Source of the DNA: Burkholderiales bacterium | Lineage (GTDB): Bacteria > Pseudomonadota > Gammaproteobacteria > Burkholderiales > WYBJ01 | Direction: 5' to 3' | NCBI GenBank assembly: GCA_022841915.1 | Contig: JALHQN010000002.1 | Span: forward strand, 338,724 to 402,723 | DNA: 64,000 nucleotides | Shown here: piece after piece, positions 19,806 to 27,307 of the stretch | Layout of the letters: the number at the start of each line of letters is the position of its first letter | Position numbering within the stretch: the first letter of the stretch is position 1 | Made by a program: the position numbers and the translations under genes | The notes under the pieces: generated by a model | What the model was told of the DNA's origin: nothing | Databases searched by the model: none | The model's input: only the letters and a program-made list of their open reading frames with translations

Positions 19806-20717
19806 ATGAAACCGAATCTGCCCGTCTGGCGCACCCTGCTCTATGTGCCGGTCAATGTCGAGAAGTTCGTGGACAAGGCGCATGTTCGCGGCGCCGACGT
19901 GATCCAGCTCGATCTGGAAGATGCGGTGCCGCATGCGGAGAAGGCTCATGCGCGCACGCTGGTGCAGAAGAATGCCGCCCGGGTACGGCGCGGCGGGGCC
20001 GACGTGCTGGTGCGCATCAATCGCCCCATCGCCATGGCGGTGCGGGATATCGAAGAGTCGGTTTGCCCCGAGGTGGATGCGTTCGCCATCACCAAGTGCG
20101 ACAGCGCCTCCCACATTCGACTGCTGGACGAACTGGTGAGCGAACTGGAGCAAAAGCGCGGCATGCCGATCGGGCACACCAAGTTCAATGCGATGGTGGA
20201 AACGCCGGATGCGTTCTTTCGCATCTACGAGATTGTCCGTGCGAGCGATCGCATCGTTGCGGCGAACATCGGCGGCGAGGATCTGGCGCTGAGCTGCAAT
20301 TTTCAGCCGACCGGGGAAGCGCTGCTCTATCCCAAGCAGCACATGGTGATCGCAGCCGCCTCGGCGGGGGTGATGCCGCTGGGCTTCATCGACAGCGTGG
20401 CCGGATTCGGGGATTGGGATGCGTTCCGCGCGATGGTGCGCCGTTCACGCGACTTCGGATTCATGGGCGCGAGCTGCATCCATCCCGGACAAGTCACGAT
20501 CGTGAACGAGGAATACACGCCGAGCGACGAGGAAGTCGCCTATGCGCGCAAGCTGATCGCCGCCGATGAGGAGGCCAAGCAGCAGGGCCGCGGCTCCTTC
20601 GCGGTCGATGGCAAGATGGTCGACATTCCGATCATCGAGCGCGCGCAGCGGCTGCTGGCCCGCTACGAGGCGATCAAGGCGCGCGAGGCGCGGACGATGG
20701 CGGCGGCGAAAGGTTGA
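19806..20717 (+). CDS. HpcH/HpaI aldolase / citrate-lyase beta (CitE-like) acyl-CoA lyase family protein
   Basis: ORF 19680..20717. Start is ATG 19806 (residue 43). LYVPVN...DVIQLDLEDAV and GGEDLA motifs. Confidence 0.85.
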   Translation: MKPNLPVWRTLLYVPVNVEKFVDKAHVRGADVIQLDLEDAVPHAEKAHARTLVQKNAARVRRGGADVLVRINRPIAMAVRDIEESVCPEVDAFAITKCDSASHIRLLDELVSELEQKRGMPIGHTKFNAMVETPDAFFRIYEIVRASDRIVAANIGGEDLALSCNFQPTGEALLYPKQHMVIAAASAGVMPLGFIDSVAGFGDWDAFRAMVRRSRDFGFMGASCIHPGQVTIVNEEYTPSDEEVAYARKLIAADEEAKQQGRGSFAVDGKMVDIPIIERAQRLLARYEAIKAREARTMAAAKG

Positions 20718-20794
20718 TGCGGCTCGCCGGTCTCGCCGGCAGCCCGAAGTGAAGTCGATCGCGTGCGATGCGAGGTTCGCGCGAGATCCGCGCC

Positions 20795-21811
20795 CTAGCG
20801 CCGCTGCTTGAGAAACTCCGTGTTCACGCAGTTGACCAGAGCGCCGTCGCGCAGATAGAAGTAGGCGGTCTGCGCAGCCTTGGTCCGCTGGTCGACATAG
20901 GCGTCCGGGCTGAAGAAGGCCGAATGCGGGTTGATCAGTACCCGCCCCTTCAACCACGGCTCGTTCGCCAACCAGGCGGCGATCATAGGGTCCTCGGCCT
21001 GCCCGGGTTCCTTCGGCAGCACGTCGAGTCCGACCGCCAGCAGCCGCCCCGAGCGCAGGCCTTCGAGCAAGGCTGCGGTATCGCATACCGGTCCGCGCGA
21101 GGTGTTGATCAGGTAGGCGCCCGGCTTGATCATCGCCACGGTGTCGGCATTGATCATCTTTCGGGTCTGATCGTTGAGGGGCGTGTGCATGTCGATGACA
21201 TCGGCCTGGGCGAGCAGCTCCTGCAGTGTGCGTGCGCGCGTGAAACCCAGTGCCAGCTCCGTGCCGCCCGGCAGCAACGGATCGTAGAAGACGACGTTCA
21301 TGCCGAAGGCGCGGGCGCGCAGCGCGGCGGCGGTGCCGATGCGGCCCAGGCCGATGACGCCGAAAGTGGCGCCCCGCAGCCTGCGTGCGGTGACATTGCG
21401 CTCGTGCGTCCAGTTGCCTGCCAGATTTTCTCGGAGCGCTGAATCCATCGCCGCCGTTCCGCGCGCGAAGGCAAGCATCATGGCGATGGCGCTGTCCGCC
21501 ACTTCGGTGGTGCCGTAGTCGGGGATATTGCACGCGGGAATGCCCGCCCGGCCCAGCGCGGGAAGATCCAGCACGTCGAAGCCGACGCCATTGCGCACGA
21601 CGATGCGGCAGCGCTCCAGGTGCGGGATCACGTCGGCGTTGATCGGCATGCGCGACACCACGAGCGCGTCGCAGGTCTTCCACAGATTCAGGTCGATCGC
21701 GTCGAATGCGTTCTGACGGGCGTGGATCAGCGTGACATCGCTGCCGACCGCCGCGGTTTCGATATCGAGCTGCTCGGGCTTCGCGTCCGGATACAGAATG
21801 GTGAATGGCAT
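20795..21811 (-). CDS. NAD-dependent 2-hydroxyacid dehydrogenase family protein (CtBP-like)
   Basis: 338 aa. GVIGLGRIGTAAALRA Rossmann motif and NTSRGPVCD. ATG 21811 with GGGAGA upstream. Confidence 0.8.
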   Translation of the reverse strand: MPFTILYPDAKPEQLDIETAAVGSDVTLIHARQNAFDAIDLNLWKTCDALVVSRMPINADVIPHLERCRIVVRNGVGFDVLDLPALGRAGIPACNIPDYGTTEVADSAIAMMLAFARGTAAMDSALRENLAGNWTHERNVTARRLRGATFGVIGLGRIGTAAALRARAFGMNVVFYDPLLPGGTELALGFTRARTLQELLAQADVIDMHTPLNDQTRKMINADTVAMIKPGAYLINTSRGPVCDTAALLEGLRSGRLLAVGLDVLPKEPGQAEDPMIAAWLANEPWLKGRVLINPHSAFFSPDAYVDQRTKAAQTAYFYLRDGALVNCVNTEFLKQRR

Positions 21812-22006
21812 GTGGGGTCTCCCGATGGCGGGCCTGCCGGTGGTCGGCGGCGTCCGGCGAGACTAAGACAGCACGCCGCCGGCTGTCTAGAGACGTTTGA
21901 GCGGCGCGCTGGTGAGGCTGCCCGCAGCCGTCGATGACGGACCTTACTTCGGACCGGCCGGTCCGCGCATAATTGCCGATCTCGATCGGTAACCGTAGGA
22001 AAAGAC

Positions 22007-22873
22007 ATGGCCTTGCGCTGGGTGTGCCTGCTTGCATGCGTGTTTGCTATGCCGTCGTTCGTGCATTCCGCCGACGTGGCCGAGGAAGTTTCGTTCTCGA
22101 GCGCGGACGGGACCACGACGCTGCGCGGATTTCTTTTCTCGCCGAGCACGCCAGGGCCATGGCCCGCCGTGGTGATGATGCATGGGCGCGCCGGCCCGTT
22201 CTCAACGGCGGCCAAGGGTGTTTACGACGCGTCGACCCTGTCGCTGCGGCACAAGCAGTGGGGGCGCTTCTGGGCCGAGCGGGGCTATCTCGCGTTGCAC
22301 GTGGACAGTTTCGGGTCGCGCGGCTATCCCGGCGGGTTTCCCATACGCAGCTACTCGCAGCGTCCGCCCGAGGTGAACGAGCAAAAGGTGCGGCCCTTGG
22401 ATGCCTACGGCGCGCTTGCGTATTTGCGCGGGCGCGGCGATGTCTTGAAGGACCGGATCGGTTTGCAGGGCTGGTCCAACGGCGCCATGGCCGCGTTGGC
22501 GACCCTGGATCGCGCCGCGCCGGGCATCTCGTCGCCCGATCCCGAGCGCGGCTTTCGCGCGGCACTCATCTTCTATCCAGGCTGCCGAGTTCAACTCGCC
22601 AAGGATGACTACCGGCCTTACGCGCCCGCCATCATGTTCATCGCGTCGAACGACGAGGAAGTGGCCCCTTTGCCGTGCAGCCAGTTGGCCGATCAGGTCA
22701 AGGCGCGCGGCGTGAAGGATTTCGAGATGGTTTGGTACGACGGGGCGACACACTCGTTCGACGATCCTGGAAAGCGGCGTCAGTCCGTGCCGGGCAACCG
22801 GGAGGCCCGCAGCGATTCGATGGTCCGCGCCGAGCAATTCTTCGAGACGCGCCTCAAATCCCCGGTGCCCTGA
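22007..22873 (+). CDS. dienelactone hydrolase family protein, secreted
   Basis: Signal peptide MALRWVCLLACVFAMPSFVHS/AD. VVMMHGRAGP and a GWSNGA nucleophile-elbow-like motif. AGGAAAAG ribosome-binding site. Confidence 0.7.
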   Translation: MALRWVCLLACVFAMPSFVHSADVAEEVSFSSADGTTTLRGFLFSPSTPGPWPAVVMMHGRAGPFSTAAKGVYDASTLSLRHKQWGRFWAERGYLALHVDSFGSRGYPGGFPIRSYSQRPPEVNEQKVRPLDAYGALAYLRGRGDVLKDRIGLQGWSNGAMAALATLDRAAPGISSPDPERGFRAALIFYPGCRVQLAKDDYRPYAPAIMFIASNDEEVAPLPCSQLADQVKARGVKDFEMVWYDGATHSFDDPGKRRQSVPGNREARSDSMVRAEQFFETRLKSPVP

Positions 22874-22918
22874 TTCCGGTGTCGGCAATTCGTGCGGCGA
22901 TCGCCATGCGATGCGGCT

Positions 22919-23710
22919 TCAGTCCGGCGCGGCAATTCGTGCGTAGAGATCCGTCCCGTTCAGCCAGTGCTCGTGGTGGCTTTCGTCGCGCACGTTCCAC
23001 GGGTCTGCCGAGAACGCGATATCGGAGGTCTGCGTCAACAGCCAACGGTAGAACCTCGCGACGGTCGCCGGGGCGATGAGCTGGCCCGCATCGCGCAATC
23101 GCCGGTAGTCTTCGGCATCCGGGTACAGCCCCGGATCGGCGGCGATCTGAGCGGCGATCATCGGCGTATCGACAGGGCTCGGCACCGCCGAGCCGACGGC
23201 GATGCCGCGCGGCGCAAGCTCGATCTTCAGGCACTGCTGCAGCATGTGACTCGCTGCTTGGGAGACGCAGTACGCCGTGGCGGACTGCCTGGGGCGCGTC
23301 GCCGAGTTCGAGCCGACGAAGAGCACTCGCGATCCTGGCTGCAGCCAGGGCAGCAGATCGAGCGTGAGGAACAGGCGCGCGTCGACATTGGTATCGAGTA
23401 TGCGCCGCCAAGTGGCGACGGTTATGCTCCCAAGCGGCTCGATGGCATGCATGCCCGCGGCGTGAACGAGGAAGCGCACCCTGTCCGCGGAGCGCAGTGC
23501 GCTGCAGATCCGACTGCGCCCGCTGGTCGTCGAAACATCTGCGGCAACCGGCTCGATCGTGCCCCCCGACATCGATGCAGTCGCAAGCAGCGGATCCAAC
23601 CGCCGACCGATGGCGATCACGCGCAAGGGCAGTTCAGCCAACGACCGGGCGACGGCTCGACCTAGGCCGGAGCCTGCGCCGGTAACGATCGCGATGTCGC
23701 AACGGCTCAT
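22919..23710 (-). CDS. atypical SDR-family oxidoreductase (YxxxQ instead of YxxxK)
   Basis: This is the C-terminal 263 aa of the 411-aa track ORF. ATG 23710 overlaps the LysR stop (ATGA). TGAGSGLG cofactor motif. The catalytic region reads SATAYCVSQAAS (Y147...Q151, codon CAA verified on the minus strand). Confidence 0.75.
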   Translation of the reverse strand: MSRCDIAIVTGAGSGLGRAVARSLAELPLRVIAIGRRLDPLLATASMSGGTIEPVAADVSTTSGRSRICSALRSADRVRFLVHAAGMHAIEPLGSITVATWRRILDTNVDARLFLTLDLLPWLQPGSRVLFVGSNSATRPRQSATAYCVSQAASHMLQQCLKIELAPRGIAVGSAVPSPVDTPMIAAQIAADPGLYPDAEDYRRLRDAGQLIAPATVARFYRWLLTQTSDIAFSADPWNVRDESHHEHWLNGTDLYARIAAPD

Positions 23711-24612
23711 GTTCGCGGCCGCTCCGCGTGCCCGTTCGAACCCCCGAACGGCGCCGTATCCATCGCCAGCCGGATGAACGCATCGACGAGCGAACGATTG
23801 CGGCGAGCAGCGAGGCAGACGACGTAGGCTTCGATGACGATCGTCGCATCCGTGACCTTGAGCAGGCGGATGTTCTCGTGGGGGGCGAACTCCGTTTCGC
23901 CGATCGCGCCGAGCCCGATGCCGCGGGCCACGGCCTCGCGCACGGCTTCGCGGACGTTGATCTCCATGATGGGGCGTATGCGTACGCCCGCCTCGACGAG
24001 CGCCGATTCGAATGCGCGCCGAGTGGCCGAACCGGCGTCGCGCAGGATGAAGCCTTCGCCTTCCAGATCGGCAAGTCGCAGGGATCTGCGCTTGGCCAGG
24101 CGATGGGTATGCGGCACCATGATTCGGACCGGATGTCGATCGTAGAGCATGCAAAAATACCGTGAGTCCGTCACGGCATCGGCAACCACGCCGACATCGA
24201 AGTCGAACCCGGTCAGTCCGGCCATGATGGCATCGCGCGGTGCCACGCTCACCGAGAGTTCGACGCGCGGATAGCGATTGCGAAAAGCCTGGGTCAGCGC
24301 CATGACGTCATGCGGACCGACGGCGCCGAGGCGCAGCCGGCCGCCGTCGTTGCGCCCGATGCCGCGCAGATAGCTGATCGCCTCGGCCTCGTGGCCGTAG
24401 AGACCTTGGGTGATCGTGAAGAGCGATCGGCCCACGTCGGTCAGTTCGACCGTTCGCCCGCGCCGATAAAAGAGTTCGACCTTGAAATAGTCTTCGAGCG
24501 TCTTGATGTGCGCCGAAATCGTCGGCTGACCGACGTTGAGAGCCTTCGCCGCGTGCGTGAAGCTGCTTTGCGAGGCAACCATGTGGAAGGCCTTGAGCCA
24601 CTTTTCGTACAT
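23707..24612 (-). CDS. LysR-family transcriptional regulator (PhnR-like by position)
   Basis: N-terminal wHTH FTHAAKALNVGQPTISAHIKTLEDYF. About 300 aa, divergent from the phnA-like gene. Confidence 0.92.
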   Translation of the reverse strand: MYEKWLKAFHMVASQSSFTHAAKALNVGQPTISAHIKTLEDYFKVELFYRRGRTVELTDVGRSLFTITQGLYGHEAEAISYLRGIGRNDGGRLRLGAVGPHDVMALTQAFRNRYPRVELSVSVAPRDAIMAGLTGFDFDVGVVADAVTDSRYFCMLYDRHPVRIMVPHTHRLAKRRSLRLADLEGEGFILRDAGSATRRAFESALVEAGVRIRPIMEINVREAVREAVARGIGLGAIGETEFAPHENIRLLKVTDATIVIEAYVVCLAARRNRSLVDAFIRLAMDTAPFGGSNGHAERPRT

Positions 24613-24641
24613 CGATCAAATCAATGGAAGATGAAGAATTT

Positions 24642-24654
24642 TCGATTTTATCGA
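24642..24654. promoter_or_regulatory. candidate LysR-type T-N11-A box (TCGAT-N3-ATCGA)
   Basis: tcgattttatcga has 5-bp perfect inverted arms with T-N11-A spacing. It lies 30 bp upstream of the LysR start in the divergent intergenic region. Confidence 0.4.
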
Positions 24655-24670
24655 TGATAGGTGCGGTGCT

Positions 24671-24861
24671 AGTGTCCTGAGTCGGTGATTCGTTGACATT
24701 TTGCCGAACGGTATCGCTACTGCCTCAGCGACAAAAGTGTCGAAATCGTCGTCAGACGCGAAGGAAACCGCAGCCAGGTTGGACACCTGGCGAGGATTTC
24801 CGACAAAGTATGGCGCCGATTCTCGGCGCTTTTGGTCAGCGAATTTCTGACTCAGGACACT
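24671..24861. repeat. pair of perfect 13-bp inverted repeats (agtgtcctgagtc / gactcaggacact) 165 bp apart
   Basis: Read directly: 24671-24683 and 24849-24861 are exact reverse complements. Both lie in the LysR/phnA intergenic region. Confidence 0.9.
24812..24833 (+). terminator. intrinsic-terminator-like hairpin in the phnA leader
   Basis: GCGCCGA-ttc-TCGGCGC (7-bp GC-rich stem at 24813-19/24823-29) followed by TTTT (24830-33). It sits 75 nt upstream of the phnA start. The T-run is present only on the + strand. Confidence 0.35.
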
Positions 24862-24907
24862 GTGGTTGGGCAATTGTGGGCAAGCTACAAAACGAGGAGA
24901 CCACCGC

Positions 24908-26173
24908 GTGGCGACGAGCGACAAGCCGAAGGTCCGGGTGAACGGTACGGAGTATGGTTGGCCCCGCAAGCCGGTGGTGGTCGTGTGTATCGACGGCGGG
25001 GATCCGGCGTATTTCGATCACGGCCTCGCTCACGGTTACATCCCGAACGTCGCCCGCTTCATGAAGCAGGGCTTCAGCGCGGTCGCCGACGGCACCGTGC
25101 CGAGCGTCACGTGCACCAACAACATGTCGATCATCACGGGAGCGCCCGCTTCCGTGCACGGCATTTCGGGCAACTTCTACCTCGATCCTGCCACCGGCGA
25201 AGCGGTGGTGATGACCGGTCCGGAGCTGCTGCGCGGGGAAACCATCTTCGCCCAGTTCGCCCGCGCCGGTGCCCGAATTGCTGCGATCACCGCGAAGGAC
25301 AAACTGCGCCGCCAACTCGGCAAGGGGCTCGACGTCTCGCGCGGGAACATCTGTTTTTCGTCCGAGCACGTCGAGCGGTGCACGCGGGCCGAGCACGGCA
25401 TCGAGAATGCGCTCGAATTCGTCGGCATGCCCAAGCCCGACATGTATTCCATGGCGTTGTCGCTGTTCGTGCTCGAGGCGGGTGTGCGCATTCTCGAACG
25501 CGATCGGCCCGACATCCTGTATCTGTCATTGACCGACTGGGTGCAGCACAAGTATGCCCCGGGTGAGCCGGAGGCGATCGAGTTCTATCGCAAGATCGAC
25601 GACTGCTTCGGGCGGCTCGCCGATCTCGATGCCATCGTGGCGCTCACCGCCGATCACGGGATGAACGACAAGTCCAAACCGGACGGAACCCCCAATGTCG
25701 TCTGGCTGCAAGACATCCTGGACGCCGAGTTCGGCCAGGGCGACACCAAGGTGATATGTCCGATTACGGATCACTTCATCGCGCATCACGGTGCCCTGGG
25801 GGGATTCGTGCGTGTGTACTGCCGCGGCGGACGCGCGACGCCCGAAGCGATCATGCGGCTGATCGAACCCGTGCCCGGTCTGGCGGAGATCTACGACCGC
25901 CACACGGTCTGCAAGAAGTTCGACCTGCCGCTCGATCGCGAAGGCGATGTCGCCGTGATCTCGGCGCGCGACGTATGCGTCGGCGGTTCGGAGAAGGAGC
26001 ATGATCTGTCCGGTCTCGGGGGCCATCGGTTGCGCACCCATGGCGGCGTCACGGAAGCGCGCGTACCGTTCGTCGTGAGCGAGCCGGTGTCGGATGCCCA
26101 CAGGCTGAAAGCGACGAACGGGCCGCTCAACAGCTATCAGCTCTTCGACTACGCGATCAACGGGACGCGGTAG
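24908..26173 (+). CDS. phnA: phosphonoacetate hydrolase (alkaline-phosphatase superfamily)
   Basis: ORF 24866..26173 begins with TTG. GTG 24908, preceded by GAGGAG, is preferred. Blocks match recalled PhnA: VVVCIDGG, VPSVTCTNNMSIITGAPASVHGISGNF, TAKDKLR, YLSLTDWVQHKYAPGEPEA, LTADHGMN, HHGALG, HDLSGL, THGGVTEARVP. Confidence 0.85.
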   Translation: MATSDKPKVRVNGTEYGWPRKPVVVVCIDGGDPAYFDHGLAHGYIPNVARFMKQGFSAVADGTVPSVTCTNNMSIITGAPASVHGISGNFYLDPATGEAVVMTGPELLRGETIFAQFARAGARIAAITAKDKLRRQLGKGLDVSRGNICFSSEHVERCTRAEHGIENALEFVGMPKPDMYSMALSLFVLEAGVRILERDRPDILYLSLTDWVQHKYAPGEPEAIEFYRKIDDCFGRLADLDAIVALTADHGMNDKSKPDGTPNVVWLQDILDAEFGQGDTKVICPITDHFIAHHGALGGFVRVYCRGGRATPEAIMRLIEPVPGLAEIYDRHTVCKKFDLPLDREGDVAVISARDVCVGGSEKEHDLSGLGGHRLRTHGGVTEARVPFVVSEPVSDAHRLKATNGPLNSYQLFDYAINGTR

Positions 26174-26210
26174 CGCACTGCGTGACCCGACACGCCTTCA
26201 GGGAGGAGCG

Positions 26211-27305
26211 ATGAGCAGAACCGGCAAGGCGGTCGTCTACGATGCGCCCAATCAGCCCTTCGTCGTCAGGGAATATCCGCTCCGACCGACGCGAAAGGGC
26301 GAAGTGCTCGTGCGCATCAGCATGTCGACGATCTGTCGCTCCGACATCCATTCCTATCAGGGCCATCGGCCCAATCCCTGCCCGGGTGTTCTGGGGCACG
26401 AGATCATCGGCATCATCGAAGAGCTCGGGGACGGCGTAGAGCGCGACATGCGGGGCGACACGCTTGCGGTCGGTGATCGCATCACGTGGAGTGAGTATTT
26501 CATCCCGGGTGCCAACTACTACAGCGACGTGCTCGACATTCCGCAGAAGTCGCCGGGCGTGGACAAATACGGTCACATGGCCGTCGATACCGACCCGCAC
26601 TTCCACGGCGGCTTTGCCGAATACTGCTACATCCTGCCGCAGTCGTGGATACTCAAGCTGCCCGACGTGTTGAGCGACGAGGAAGCGACGCCGGTCAACT
26701 GCGGCGTCGCCACCATGATCGCGGTCACCGAAGCCGCAGCGATCGGCATGGGAGACACCGTCGTCGTGCAGGGACTCGGCCTGTTGGGTCTCTACGGTTG
26801 TGCGATAGCGCGCGCGCGCGGGGCGCGCCTCGTCATCGGGCTCGACACCGTGGCTTCACGCCGGGAATTGGGCAGGCGCTTCGGTGCAGACATCACGCTC
26901 GACCCCTCTGCGATGGATGAGGTCGAACTGGTCAAGCGGGTGCGCGAAGCTTGCCGGCCCGATGGCGCAGACGCCGTGATCGAGGTCTGCGGGTATCCCG
27001 AAGTCATTCCGGCAGGCCTGCAGTTCTTGCGCATCGGCGGGTGCTATACGCTCGGTGGGGTGGTCAACCCGAACTCGATCGTGCGCTTCGACGCCAACGT
27101 GCTCTTGCGCAAGCTCATCACCCTGCGGGGTGTGCACAACTACCACCCGCGTCATCTCATTCAGGCCCTCGACTTCGTCGTTGCCAATCGGGAGCGATTT
27201 CCGTTTCGCGATCTCGTCGACGGCAAGTACGGGCTGAACGAGGTCGGCCAGGCGATGCACGATGCGGCTGAACGCAAAGTGTTGCGAGCGGCAATCGTGC
27301 CCTGA
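26211..27305 (+). CDS. zinc-dependent MDR alcohol dehydrogenase (phosphonate-cluster-associated type)
   Basis: GGGAGGAG ribosome-binding site. Catalytic Zn ligands are Cys42 (ICRSD) and His63-Glu64 (GHE). VVVQGLGLLG Rossmann motif. No 4-Cys structural-zinc loop is visible. Confidence 0.8.
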   Translation: MSRTGKAVVYDAPNQPFVVREYPLRPTRKGEVLVRISMSTICRSDIHSYQGHRPNPCPGVLGHEIIGIIEELGDGVERDMRGDTLAVGDRITWSEYFIPGANYYSDVLDIPQKSPGVDKYGHMAVDTDPHFHGGFAEYCYILPQSWILKLPDVLSDEEATPVNCGVATMIAVTEAAAIGMGDTVVVQGLGLLGLYGCAIARARGARLVIGLDTVASRRELGRRFGADITLDPSAMDEVELVKRVREACRPDGADAVIEVCGYPEVIPAGLQFLRIGGCYTLGGVVNPNSIVRFDANVLLRKLITLRGVHNYHPRHLIQALDFVVANRERFPFRDLVDGKYGLNEVGQAMHDAAERKVLRAAIVP

Positions 27306-27307
27306 GG

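Noticed and set aside
24671-24861. The 13-bp inverted repeats could be termini of a 191-bp MITE inserted in the phnA promoter
   Set aside because: I could not find a target-site duplication next to the arms (flanks ...gtgct / gtggt...), and no second copy of the 13-mer occurs elsewhere in this window. It is kept as a regulatory-repeat finding, and the MITE idea needs a genome-wide search.
24613-24907. Looked for a Pho box (CTGTCAT-N4-CTGTCAT-like direct repeats) upstream of the phosphonate operon
   Set aside because: I found no convincing tandem PhoB half-sites by eye. The TTGACA at 24693 also lacks a matching -10 at 16-18 bp (best is gctact), so neither is reported as a supported promoter.
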